Below, one piece after another: positions 9,170-18,121 of a DNA stretch of 64,000 nucleotides. Position 1 is the stretch's first letter. Each line of letters opens with the position of its first letter. Both the position numbers and the translations under genes were made by a program. The stretch is from Mycobacterium sp. (GTDB taxonomy: Bacteria; Actinomycetota; Actinomycetes; Mycobacteriales; Mycobacteriaceae), in assembly GCA_016197405.1 (NCBI GenBank), contig JACPVR010000006.1, positions 96,525 to 160,524 of the forward strand, given 5' to 3'. The notes below the pieces were generated by a model. The model was not told the origin of the DNA and did no database searches. It worked only from the letters and a program-made list of their open reading frames with translations.

Positions 9170-9706
9170 GTGGCCAGGCCGGTATCCGACACTCGTGAAC
9201 GCATCCAGGAAGTGGCCCGCGAGCTCTTCGGCGAAAAGGGTGTGCAGCGCACCAGCCTGCAGGACATCGCAGGTCGGCTGGGCATCACCAAGCCCGCGCT
9301 CTACTACCACTTCCGTTCCCGGGAAGACCTGGTCCGCAGCATCCTGCAGCCCCTGATCGACGATGGCGAGCAGTTCGTCGTCGAGCAGGAGACCCGCGGT
9401 GACGCCTCCCCGCGCGAACTGTTGGAGGGGTTCTTCGACTTCCACTACCGCCACCGCGTCGACATTCTGCTGGTGGTCGCCGAACTGACCACGCTGGCCG
9501 ACCTCGGGCTGGTGGACATCCTGCTCGCCTGGCGGGAACGGCTCAGTCGACTGGTCTTCGGACCCGATCCAACGCTTGAGCAGGCCACTCGTGCGGTCAT
9601 CGCGTTCGGCGGGCTGCAGGACTGCTGCCTGCAGTTCCCCGATCCGCCCTACGAGAACCTGCGCACGGCCGCGGTGGACGGGGCGATGGCGGCGCTGGGT
9701 CTCTAG
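9170..9706 (+). CDS. TetR/AcrR-family transcriptional regulator
   Basis: The N-terminal HTH is RERIQEVARELFGEKGVQRTSLQDIAGRLGITKPALYYHFRSRE. It is divergent from the monooxygenase gene. Confidence 0.85.
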   Translation: MARPVSDTRERIQEVARELFGEKGVQRTSLQDIAGRLGITKPALYYHFRSREDLVRSILQPLIDDGEQFVVEQETRGDASPRELLEGFFDFHYRHRVDILLVVAELTTLADLGLVDILLAWRERLSRLVFGPDPTLEQATRAVIAFGGLQDCCLQFPDPPYENLRTAAVDGAMAALGL

Positions 9707-9741
9707 CCCTGCGATCCGGTCGCGGGGCTAAAGTCGGCCCT

Positions 9742-10734
9742 ATGCGCTTCGGATTGTTCATCCCGCAAGGCTGGCGACTCGATCTGGTCGGAATCGACCC
9801 CGCGCAACAGTGGGCGGTGATGAACGACCTCGCCACGTATGCCGACAGCGGCAGCAGCTGGGACTCACTGTGGGTTTACGACCATTTCCACACGGTTCCG
9901 GTTCCGACGGCCGAGGCCACCCACGAGGCGTGGTCGTTGATGTCGGCGTATGCCGCGACCACATCGCGGATCAAGCTCGGCCAGATGTGTACGGCGATGA
10001 GCTATCGCAATCCGGTGTATCTGGCGAAGGTGGCCGCCACGGTGGACATCATCTCCGGGGGGCGCGTCCAGATGGGCATCGGCGGTGGGTGGTACGAACA
10101 CGAATGGCGCGCTTACGGTTACGGATTCCCGTCGGCAGGTGAGCGATTGGGCCGCCTCGACGAGGGTGTGCAGATCATGCGCGACGCGTGGCGTGACGGC
10201 GTGGTCAGCTTCGACGGCAAGCACTATCAGGTCGACCATGCCATCGTGCAGCCAAAACCCTTGCAGGACGGCGGTATTCCGTTGTGGATCGCCGGCGGCG
10301 GAGAGAAAGTGACCCTGCGTATCGCCGCCAAGTACGCGCAGTACACCAACTTCACCTCCGAGCCGGAGGGCTTCGCCCACAAGTCGAAGATCCTGGCCCA
10401 GCACTGCCGTGACGTCGGCACGGACTTCGATGCCATCGTGCGCTCGGCCAATATCAACGCCGTCGTCGGGACGACGAAGGCCGACGTCGCCGAGCGGCTC
10501 GACCGCGTCCGCGATCGCATCGGCGCGCTGGCCGGCAACGAGGCGGCCGACGCCATGCTGAACTCGATGAGTTCACCGCAGGCCGGTAGCGGCACGGTCG
10601 AGGAATTGGTGGAGTCGCTGCAACGACTGCGCGACCTGGGGTGTGAGTACGTCATCTGCTATTTCCCGGAAGCCGCCTACGACCGCACCGGTATCGAGCG
10701 GTTCGAGCGCGAGGTCATCCCCGCCTTCAGCTGA
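9742..10734 (+). CDS. luciferase-like monooxygenase family oxidoreductase, probably F420-dependent
   Basis: The protein opens MRFGLFIPQGW...WDSLWVYDHFHTVP and contains GGGWYEHEW, which resembles the actinobacterial LLM class F420-dependent group. The cofactor is inferred only. Confidence 0.8.
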   Translation: MRFGLFIPQGWRLDLVGIDPAQQWAVMNDLATYADSGSSWDSLWVYDHFHTVPVPTAEATHEAWSLMSAYAATTSRIKLGQMCTAMSYRNPVYLAKVAATVDIISGGRVQMGIGGGWYEHEWRAYGYGFPSAGERLGRLDEGVQIMRDAWRDGVVSFDGKHYQVDHAIVQPKPLQDGGIPLWIAGGGEKVTLRIAAKYAQYTNFTSEPEGFAHKSKILAQHCRDVGTDFDAIVRSANINAVVGTTKADVAERLDRVRDRIGALAGNEAADAMLNSMSSPQAGSGTVEELVESLQRLRDLGCEYVICYFPEAAYDRTGIERFEREVIPAFS

Positions 10735-10785
10735 GGTCCCCTGACGTCGGCGAGATCGACGTTTTGGCGCGCCTTACTCGTGTTT

Positions 10786-10813
10786 TCCCGCCCAAAGGTG
10801 CGTTTGGGCGGGA
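10786..10813 (+). terminator. hairpin downstream of the LLM gene
   Basis: TCCCGCCCAAA-ggtgcg-TTTGGGCGGGA, an 11-bp stem. The arms share CGCCCAAA/TTTGGGCG with the hairpin after gltA at 44195. Confidence 0.55.
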
Positions 10814-10897
10814 GCGAGAATGACGTTTCCGCTTTCGGGAAGGCTATTGTACGATCCTGGAGAATCGACTGCCGATCTCGATGCGGAGGAATGCGGA

Positions 10898-11311
10898 ATG
10901 CAAAAGGCGCTGGCACCCGAAATATCCACCTGGCCCGCCCCGGACCCGCAGCTGATCGGCAGCTCGTGCGGCGACTGCGGAGCCACCACCTTTCCGGTGC
11001 AGGATCATTGCCCCAGGTGCAGCAGCGCCGCGATGTCCGAGTCGCTGCTGCCGCGGCGCGGGACCGTCATCGCCTGGACCACACAGGGTTTCGCGCCGGG
11101 AGCGCCATACGCCGGCCCCACCGGAAAGGACTTCGTACCGTTCGGGGTCGGACTGGTCCAACTCGGTGACGTCATCCGCGTCGAAGGCCGGCTCACCGAG
11201 AACGACCCGGCCAAGCTGCGGTTCGGCCAGGAGGTCGAACTCACGATGATCCCGTTCACGACCGATGCCGAGGGCAACGAAGTCATCACGTTCGCGTTCC
11301 AGCCGGTCTGA
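10898..11311 (+). CDS. Zn-ribbon / OB-fold protein (DUF35 family), partner of the thiolase-like protein
   Basis: It has the CxxC...CxxC ribbon CGDCGATTFPVQDHCPRC followed by an OB-fold-like C-terminus. ATG 10898 has GGAGGA upstream, whereas the track ORF starts at 10820. It sits 12 nt upstream of the thiolase-like gene, which is the classical pairing. Confidence 0.8.
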   Translation: MQKALAPEISTWPAPDPQLIGSSCGDCGATTFPVQDHCPRCSSAAMSESLLPRRGTVIAWTTQGFAPGAPYAGPTGKDFVPFGVGLVQLGDVIRVEGRLTENDPAKLRFGQEVELTMIPFTTDAEGNEVITFAFQPV

Positions 11312-11322
11312 GGAGACTTCAG

Positions 11323-12468
11323 ATGACCAACGACGTCGCCATCATCGGTGTGGGACTGCATCCGTTCGGACGGTTCGACAAGACCGCGATGCAGATGGGT
11401 GCCGACGCCATCCATCTCGCGCTCAAGGACGCCAAGCTGGGCTGGAAGGACATCCAGTTCGGTTTCGGCGGCAGCTACGAGGTGTCCAATCCGGACGCGG
11501 TGACGCGCCTGGTCGGCCTGACCGGCATCACGTTCACCAACGTGTTCAACGCCTGCGCCACGGCGGCCAGCGCCATCCAGCAGACCGCTGACACCATTCG
11601 GCTGGGCAAGTACGACATCGGCATCGCGATCGGGCTGGACAAGCACCCCCGCGGCGCGTTCACCGACGACCCGGCGAAGCTCGCGCTGCCACAGTGGTAC
11701 GCCAACAACGGTCAGTTCGTGACGACGAAGTTCTTCGGTATGAAGGCCAACCACTACATCCACAAGCACGGAATCTCCGAAGAGACGCTGGCCCGGGTGG
11801 CCAACAAGAACTTCCGTAACGGTGTGCTCAACCCGAATGCGTTCCGGCGCAAGGAGATCTCGGTCGACGAGATCATGGCCTCGCCGGTGCTGAACTATCC
11901 GCTGCGCCAATACATGTTCTGTGCCCCCGACGAGGGGGCCGCGGCGGTCATCATGTGCCGTGCCGATATCGCGCACAAATACACCGACAAGCCGGTCTAT
12001 GTCCGCGCCAGCGAGATCCGCACCCGCACCTTCGGTGCCTACGAGGTGCACGCCACCTCCGCGCCGCTCGACGAGGACGCCTCGCCGACGGTGTACGCCG
12101 CCAAGGCCGCCTACGAGGCTGCCGGAATCGGCCCGGAGGATGTCGACATCGCCCAGCTGCAGGACACCGATGCCGGCGCCGAAGTCATCCATATGGCCGA
12201 AACCGGTCTGTGCGCCGACGGTGAGCAGGAGAAACTGCTGGCCGACGGCGCCACCGAGATCCATGGCTCGATCCCGGTCAACACCGACGGCGGCCTGATC
12301 GCCAACGGTGAGCCGATCGGCGCGTCGGGCCTTCGCCAGATGCACGAGCTGGTTCGCCAGCTGCGCGGCGAAGCTGGCGAGCGCCAGGTGCCCGGCAACC
12401 CGCGGGTCGGCCTGGCCCAGGTCTACGGCGCCCCCGGCACCGCATCGGCCACGCTGCTGTCGCTGTAA
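11323..12468 (+). CDS. thiolase-like / SCP-x type lipid-transfer protein (Ltp-like)
   Basis: It opens MTNDVAIIGVGLHPFGRF and has ...NACATAASAI (active-site Cys region) and NTDGGLIANGEPIGASGLRQ. It has the thiolase fold but lacks the biosynthetic thiolase C-terminal signature. Confidence 0.85.
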   Translation: MTNDVAIIGVGLHPFGRFDKTAMQMGADAIHLALKDAKLGWKDIQFGFGGSYEVSNPDAVTRLVGLTGITFTNVFNACATAASAIQQTADTIRLGKYDIGIAIGLDKHPRGAFTDDPAKLALPQWYANNGQFVTTKFFGMKANHYIHKHGISEETLARVANKNFRNGVLNPNAFRRKEISVDEIMASPVLNYPLRQYMFCAPDEGAAAVIMCRADIAHKYTDKPVYVRASEIRTRTFGAYEVHATSAPLDEDASPTVYAAKAAYEAAGIGPEDVDIAQLQDTDAGAEVIHMAETGLCADGEQEKLLADGATEIHGSIPVNTDGGLIANGEPIGASGLRQMHELVRQLRGEAGERQVPGNPRVGLAQVYGAPGTASATLLSL

Positions 12469-12514
12469 CTCGATGGCGGGCCCGCGATGAATCTGGCGAG
12501 CCCGCCGGGTCGGT

Positions 12515-12997
12515 ATGGGTATGACGACGACAATCACGCCCTGCCTGTGGTTCGACAACAACCTCGAAGAAGCCGCGGAGTTCTACACCTCGGTGTTCCC
12601 GAACTCCTCGGTGGAACAGCTGGTCCGCTATACCGACGCCGGGCCCGGTAAACCCGGCGACATCGCCTACGGGACCTTCGTGCTCGACGGCAACCGATTC
12701 CTGGGGATCAACGGTGGCCCGCAGTTCCCGTTCACCGAGGCGGTGTCCTTCGAGGTCCGCTGCGCCGATCAGGCCGAAGTCGACCACTACTGGTCGAAGC
12801 TCGTCGACGGTGGCGAGCAATCCCAATGCGGCTGGCTCAAGGACCGCTACGGCCTGAGTTGGCAGATCGTGCCCGAACGGCTCTACCAGCTGCTCGACGA
12901 TCCCGACCCCGCCATTGCCGCGGCCGCCACCGCGTCGATGCTCACGATGAGCAAGATCGTGGTGGCAGACCTCGAGGCCGCCGTCGCGGCGCGGTGA
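12515..12997 (+). CDS. VOC-superfamily protein, PhnB / 3-demethylubiquinone-9 3-methyltransferase-domain type
   Basis: ITPCLWFDNNLEEAAEFYTSVFPNS...CGWLKDRYGLSWQIVP is typical for this family. The start could be ATG 12521. Confidence 0.75.
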   Translation: MGMTTTITPCLWFDNNLEEAAEFYTSVFPNSSVEQLVRYTDAGPGKPGDIAYGTFVLDGNRFLGINGGPQFPFTEAVSFEVRCADQAEVDHYWSKLVDGGEQSQCGWLKDRYGLSWQIVPERLYQLLDDPDPAIAAAATASMLTMSKIVVADLEAAVAAR

Positions 12998-13001
12998 AAC
13001 G

Positions 13002-13346
13002 TCAGCGGTGCGACAGCACGTTGACGATATTGCCCGCGGCGTCGGCGAAGAAGAACCTGCGCACACCCCAGTCCTCATCGGAGAGTGGGTGCACGATGGT
13101 CAAGCCGGCGTCCACCGCCGCGTCGTACGCGGTGTCGACATCGTCGACCTCGACGGACACCGACGGATTGACCTGTGCGGTCTGATCTTTGGTCATCAGG
13201 CTGAGCTGATGGCGGTGCTCGGGATCGGCCAGTGTGACGATCCAGCCATGATCCATCACCACGTCGAGGCCCAGCACGGCGGCGTACTGCTGCGCTGCGG
13301 CCACATCGGGCACCGTCAGGATCGGCACCACGCGGCCAACGGTCAT
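13002..13346 (-). CDS. glyoxalase/bleomycin-resistance (VOC) family protein
   Basis: A 114-aa single-module VOC protein (VVPILTVPDVAAAQQY...DWGVRRFFFADAAGNIVNVL). Its ATG overlaps the XPB stop (ATGA). Confidence 0.8.
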   Translation of the reverse strand: MTVGRVVPILTVPDVAAAQQYAAVLGLDVVMDHGWIVTLADPEHRHQLSLMTKDQTAQVNPSVSVEVDDVDTAYDAAVDAGLTIVHPLSDEDWGVRRFFFADAAGNIVNVLSHR

Positions 13347-14992
13347 ATGGCCGGGCCCAGCAGATCGTCGGCGTCTTTGATGATGTACCCGTAGCCCTGC
13401 TCGGCCAGGAATCGCTGCCGGTGCGCGGCGTACTCGGCGTCCAACGTGTCGCGGGCGACCACCGAGTAGAACACCGCTCCGCCACCGTCGGCCTTCGGGC
13501 GCAACAGCCGGCCGAGCCGTTGTGCCTCCTCCTGGCGTGAGCCAAACGTGCCCGAAACCTGAACCGCGACAGAAGCTTCCGGTAGATCGATGGAGAAGTT
13601 GGCGACCTTGGACACCACCAGGGTGCGGATCTCGCCGCGCCGGAATGCCTCGAACAGCACCTCGCGTTCGGCGTTCTTGGTCGAGCCCTGGATGACCGGG
13701 GCGTCCAGTTCGGCGCCCAGCTCGTCGAGCTGATCGAGGTAGGCGCCGATCACCAGCGTCGGTTCATGGGGATGCCGTTCCAGGATCGACTTGACCACCG
13801 CGATCTTGGAATGTGCTGTGGAACAAAGCTTGTAGCGCTCCTCGGGTTCGGCGACCGCGTAGAGCATCCGCTCGTTCTCGGTCAGCGTCACCCGGACCTC
13901 GATGCACTCGGCCGGTGCGATCCAGCCCTGCGCCTCGATGTCCTTCCACGGGGCGTCATAGCGCTTGGGCCCGATCAACGAGAACACATCACCTTCGCGC
14001 CCGTCCTCGCGGATCAGCGTCGCGGTGAGCCCCAGTCGCCGGCGTGATTGCAGGTCGGCGGTCATCCGGAACACCGGCGCGGGCAGCAGGTGCACCTCGT
14101 CGTAGATGATCAGACCCCAGTCGCGGCTGTCGAAGAGCTCCAGGTGCTTGTACTCACCCTTGGTCCGGCGGGTGATGACCTGATACGTCGCGATGGTGAC
14201 CGGGCGGATCTCCTTGCGCTCACCGGAGTATTCGCCGATCTCCTCCTCGGTCAGCGATGTCCGCGCGATGAGCTCGCGCTTCCACTGCCGGCCCGCGACG
14301 GTGTTGGTGACCAGGATCAGCGTCGTGGCGCCAGCCTTGGCCATCGCGGCGGCACCCACCAGCGTCTTACCCGCCCCGCACGGCAGCACCACCACGCCCG
14401 AGCCGCCCGCCCAGAACGAATCGGCCGCCATCTCCTGGTAGTCGCGCAGCTGCCAGCCATCCTGGGCCAGCGTGATCGGGTGGGCCTCGCCGTTGACGTA
14501 CCCGGCCAGGTCCTCGGCGGGCCAGCCGATCTTGAGCAGCAGCTGTTTGATGTGCCCGCGCTCGGAGGGGTGCACCACCACGGTGTCGGGATCGAGCTGG
14601 GCCCCCAGCATGGGCGCGATCTTCTTGTTGCGCATGACCTCGGCGAGGACCGCGCGATCTAGGCTCACCAGGACCAGACCGTGCACCGGGCTCTTGACCA
14701 GCTGCAGCCGGCCGTACCGGGCCATGGTGTCGACGATGTCGACCAGCAGCGGCTGCGGCACCGCATACCGCGAGAAGCTGACCAGGGCATCGACCACCTG
14801 CTCTGCGTCATGGCCGGCGGCGCGCGCATTCCACAGCGCCAGCGGGGTGATGCGGTAGGTGTGGATATGTTCGGGGGCACGTTCCAGCTCGGCGAACGGC
14901 GCGATCGCCGCGCGGGCAGCACCCGCCAGCTCGTGGTCGACCTCCAGCAACACAGTCTTGTCGGATTGAACGATCAGGGGTCCGTCGGTCAT
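13343..14992 (-). CDS. ercc3: XPB/Ercc3-type SF2 DNA helicase
   Basis: It opens MTDGPLIVQSDKTVLLEV (damage-recognition-like N-terminus) and has Walker A VVLPCGAGKT, DEVH box IIYDEVHLLPA, and helicase motifs in the C-terminal half. Its position matches Rv0861c. Confidence 0.9.
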   Translation of the reverse strand: MTDGPLIVQSDKTVLLEVDHELAGAARAAIAPFAELERAPEHIHTYRITPLALWNARAAGHDAEQVVDALVSFSRYAVPQPLLVDIVDTMARYGRLQLVKSPVHGLVLVSLDRAVLAEVMRNKKIAPMLGAQLDPDTVVVHPSERGHIKQLLLKIGWPAEDLAGYVNGEAHPITLAQDGWQLRDYQEMAADSFWAGGSGVVVLPCGAGKTLVGAAAMAKAGATTLILVTNTVAGRQWKRELIARTSLTEEEIGEYSGERKEIRPVTIATYQVITRRTKGEYKHLELFDSRDWGLIIYDEVHLLPAPVFRMTADLQSRRRLGLTATLIREDGREGDVFSLIGPKRYDAPWKDIEAQGWIAPAECIEVRVTLTENERMLYAVAEPEERYKLCSTAHSKIAVVKSILERHPHEPTLVIGAYLDQLDELGAELDAPVIQGSTKNAEREVLFEAFRRGEIRTLVVSKVANFSIDLPEASVAVQVSGTFGSRQEEAQRLGRLLRPKADGGGAVFYSVVARDTLDAEYAAHRQRFLAEQGYGYIIKDADDLLGPAI

Positions 14993-15102
14993 CTAGCGCC
15001 ACTCCTCCTCATCGCTCGTCCCTCGCTCTGCATCGTCGCTCGTACGCGTCAACCCTTGCGCACACCCTGCAACTCAACACACTCCGGGCGCGCATTAGTC
15101 CA
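14993..15102 (-). repeat. MIRU-like intergenic element (single copy) with SD run and mini-ORF
   Basis: The minus strand reads GAGCGACGATGCAGAGCGAGGGACGAGCGATGAGGAGGAGTGGCGCTAGATG. It fills the spacer between the partner gene stop and the XPB start. It is related to the repeats at 19011, 30678 and 48040. Confidence 0.6.
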
Positions 15103-17376
15103 TTATTGGTCTTCGGCCGACACGACCGACGTGACGCGGTGCACCGCGAACTCGCGGACCCGTCCTGCCGCGGGGTCGAAAGCGACCAGCTGGCCGCCGC
15201 GGACGTTGATCGGCGAGACCACCCGTTTGGTCGCCACCCCCGCGGCATCGATGTAGCCGATCATCACCGCGGACTGCTGCAGCGCGGCCTGCTGAAGCAG
15301 CACCATGGCCCGCGCCGGATCGACCCGGCCGCCGCTGTCGGCTCCGCTGGCCGACGGCAGGCTGACCACCTTGCGCAGCATCGATACCACGGCCGCCAGG
15401 GTGTCCCGGTTGGGTGAACTGGGCGCCGGGCGGAACAGCCGGCGGTGCTGGGGGACCGGCACCCGGGCCCCGCGGGCCTGCAGGTCGACGATCGCCCCGG
15501 CGGAATCCTCGGCGGCAGGTGCCAGGCCCGCCGCCCGCAGTGCGGTGAGCACGTCGGCGATCGGAGCATGGGTGACCGCGACCGTCGGAGCCAGCAGCCG
15601 CAGCTCCAACTGCTGGGCGGCCGGAGTGGCGACGGCTTGGGCCAGCAACGTCGGGTCCTCGCAGCGCACGAAGGCCGATGCCATGCCGACCCGGAGCTGG
15701 CCATGCCGGCGGGCGACATCGTCGATCAGGTAGGTCAATCCCTGCGGCACCGGGGTCCGGGAGTGGCGGGCGAAGAAAGCATGCAGTGTCCCCGGGGTGC
15801 GTCCGGTGTCGAGCGCATGCCGGATCGACGCCTCGCTTATCCGGTAAACCATTGCCGCTCCGGCTGATTCGACGTTGGCCACTGCTCCCAGCTCGTCGGC
15901 CAGGTCGCGGTCCAGCGGGCCGGGTACCACGACCGTCAGATCGGCCTGCAGCAGAAAATGATCGATCGGTGCGGGCAGCACCTTGGCCATCGCCTTGACG
16001 GCGGCTTCGGGATCGCCGAGCAGGGACCGGCCCGGTGTGGTGATGGCGCCGCGACCCACGATGCCAAGCGCATGCGCCTCATCGAGCAGATGCGTCACCG
16101 GCTCGGGTTGCAACCGAACCGACCATCGCGGCCGGCGCCAGATCATCGCGCGGGAGGCGCCGGCGGCGTCCATCCCGGACCCGCTCGGCAGATCGGCCAG
16201 CGTCTTCAGCAGCAACCGCCGATCCAGCGGTGCCGCCGTGGAATACAGCGAATCCGACAGTGCCGCAAAGGGTTTACCGTCCGGTCCGCGACGGCCGATC
16301 AAACTCGGACGGGCCGGCAGGTCCAGCCAGGTGGTGGCCAGCAGGCGCCAGCGTTCGGCGGTCGGGGCTTCGGCGAATCGATCCGCGGCCACCGTCGGCG
16401 CCCAGAACGGCGCGCTACCGTCCTCGGGCATCGGGTCGGGCACACCGCTGGCGATCAGCCCTGCGGCCGAGGCTATTTCGAGGATCAGCGCGACACGCTG
16501 CTCGTCGATACCGGTGACCTTCGTCAGCCGCTTCATATCCCGCACACCGAGTCCGCCGCTGCGCAGCTCGGGGATCGGCGCGCCACCAAGGGTGTCGATG
16601 ACGAGGTCGAACTCGTGCAGGATGTCGATCAGCGCGCCGGCCGCGGCGGCATCGGCGTCGGCGGCTTTGTTCGACCGTCCGGCGGGCACGGCCACGGGTG
16701 CGCAGAACTGTTCGGGTCCGGGTTGTTCGCCGCGCAGGATCTGACCGACCTGCCGCGGCAATATCACCGTCTCGGCGTCGAGCTGCCTGAGCAGCCCGGC
16801 GGCCAGCAGGCGCTGAACCGGACGGTCGGACGGGGTGCCCGGGGCGGCGTCGCGGGTGCGGCCCACCGGGGCGCCCTCCAACAGCCGGTCGAGCAGATCA
16901 CGCTGCGGGCCGTCCAGATTCTCCAGCTGTGCGGCGATCTCCTGCGGCGTCGCCGCCGGGTCTTCCAAACTGACCTGACCGGGGTACCAGGGCAGCCCGG
17001 CCGACGCCTCGGCGGCCACCCGCACCGCATCGTCACCCCACGCCAGCGCGCGGTCCCGCAGATCGTCCAGCGCCGCGAGCACGGCATCCTCGGGCGCGCG
17101 GTCACCGATCAGGGCCACCAGCTTGTCGATCGGGACGGCAGCGGTGTCGGCATGCAGAACCAGCAGCGCGTCGAGAACGGCCAGATGCAGGAAATCCAGG
17201 TCGTCGGTGGCGGCCTTGACCGATTGACGGGCCTGAGCGCGTGCCGCCAGCGCCACCAGGCTGCCCGGCGACGGCTGGGCCAGATCGGGCCGCAGTTCGA
17301 GCAGCCTGATCAGCTTCTCGTCGGGCGCATCCGCCAGCCAAGCGCCCAAGGGCACACTCGGGGAGTGTTCGGTCAT
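15103..17376 (-). CDS. conserved XPB-associated protein (Rv0862c-like), function unknown
   Basis: This long ORF lies immediately upstream of XPB on the same strand. I prefer the start at ATG 17376 (MTEHSPSVPLGAWLAD), which gives 757 aa. The ORF-track start at 17421 would leave only 11 nt to the divergent gene. I recognise no catalytic motif. Confidence 0.75.
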   Translation of the reverse strand: MTEHSPSVPLGAWLADAPDEKLIRLLELRPDLAQPSPGSLVALAARAQARQSVKAATDDLDFLHLAVLDALLVLHADTAAVPIDKLVALIGDRAPEDAVLAALDDLRDRALAWGDDAVRVAAEASAGLPWYPGQVSLEDPAATPQEIAAQLENLDGPQRDLLDRLLEGAPVGRTRDAAPGTPSDRPVQRLLAAGLLRQLDAETVILPRQVGQILRGEQPGPEQFCAPVAVPAGRSNKAADADAAAAGALIDILHEFDLVIDTLGGAPIPELRSGGLGVRDMKRLTKVTGIDEQRVALILEIASAAGLIASGVPDPMPEDGSAPFWAPTVAADRFAEAPTAERWRLLATTWLDLPARPSLIGRRGPDGKPFAALSDSLYSTAAPLDRRLLLKTLADLPSGSGMDAAGASRAMIWRRPRWSVRLQPEPVTHLLDEAHALGIVGRGAITTPGRSLLGDPEAAVKAMAKVLPAPIDHFLLQADLTVVVPGPLDRDLADELGAVANVESAGAAMVYRISEASIRHALDTGRTPGTLHAFFARHSRTPVPQGLTYLIDDVARRHGQLRVGMASAFVRCEDPTLLAQAVATPAAQQLELRLLAPTVAVTHAPIADVLTALRAAGLAPAAEDSAGAIVDLQARGARVPVPQHRRLFRPAPSSPNRDTLAAVVSMLRKVVSLPSASGADSGGRVDPARAMVLLQQAALQQSAVMIGYIDAAGVATKRVVSPINVRGGQLVAFDPAAGRVREFAVHRVTSVVSAEDQ

Positions 17377-17432
17377 TGTTGACCAGCGTAAAGCAGCCTC
17401 GGTGCAGCGCGAGTCGGCCATGACCTGTCACA

Positions 17433-17636
17433 ATGTCACTCGTGGCTGACAATGCTGTGTCAAAGAAGGACCGCTACGTCGACAACGGTTGGCCGACGAC
17501 CGACCCCGACGATCACGCGGTGAGCGAACTGGTCTCCGACCGCACCGGTTCCCTGTCCCCTTTCGGCAATATCACCTTCCCGGTACCCGCCGACGAGCTG
17601 CCCTACGTGCACCCCGTCACCGTCGTCAACAAGTAG
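17433..17636 (+). CDS. small conserved hypothetical protein (Rv0863 position)
   Basis: A 67-aa ORF whose TAG overlaps the moaC GTG start (TAGTG). The call rests on synteny and coupling only. Confidence 0.5.
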   Translation: MSLVADNAVSKKDRYVDNGWPTTDPDDHAVSELVSDRTGSLSPFGNITFPVPADELPYVHPVTVVNK

Positions 17637-18121
17637 TGGTCGCAGGCCCCGGCTCACAGCCGTTGTCGCACCTCGACGAGCGGGGAGCGGCGCACATGGT
17701 CGACGTCAGCGCCAAGGACGTCACCTCTCGCACCGCGGTCGCCGCGGGAGTTCTGCGTACCACCGCCGAGGTCGTCGCGTTGATCTCGTCGGGAGGCCTG
17801 CCCAAGGGCGATGCCCTGGCGACTGCCCGCGTCGCCGGAATCCTGGCCGCCAAACGCACCAGTGATCTCATCCCGCTGTGCCACCACCTCGCGCTCACCG
17901 GTGTGGACGTCGACTTCGAAATCGGGGCCGACGAGATCGGCGTCACCGCCACGGTCAAGACCACCGACCGCACCGGTGTCGAGATGGAGGCACTGACCGC
18001 GGTGTCGGTGGCCGCGCTGACCCTCTACGACATGATCAAGGCCGTCGACAGGGCCGCCCGCATCGACGATGTGCGGGTACTGCACAAGGCCGGCGGCCGG
18101 ACCGGCACCTGGTCGCGGTGA
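17636..18121 (+). CDS. moaC: cyclic pyranopterin monophosphate synthase MoaC
   Basis: [25 protein letters not shown]...DLIPLCHHL...[23 protein letters not shown] 17636 is chosen as start, in frame with ORF 17489..18121. Confidence 0.9.
   Translation: MVAGPGSQPLSHLDERGAAHMVDVSAKDVTSRTAVAAGVLRTTAEVVALISSGGLPKGDALATARVAGILAAKRTSDLIPLCHHLALTGVDVDFEIGADEIGVTATVKTTDRTGVEMEALTAVSVAALTLYDMIKAVDRAARIDDVRVLHKAGGRTGTWSR

Noticed and set aside
11005-12561. 518-aa ORF antisense to the DUF35 and thiolase-like genes
   Set aside because: Same reasoning: real domain-bearing genes occupy the plus strand, and the composition is artefactual.
15958-17382. 474-aa plus-strand ORF inside the Rv0862c-like gene
   Set aside because: It is antisense to a long syntenic gene that ends and starts in operon context with XPB. 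It has no motifs and is Arg/Gly-rich.
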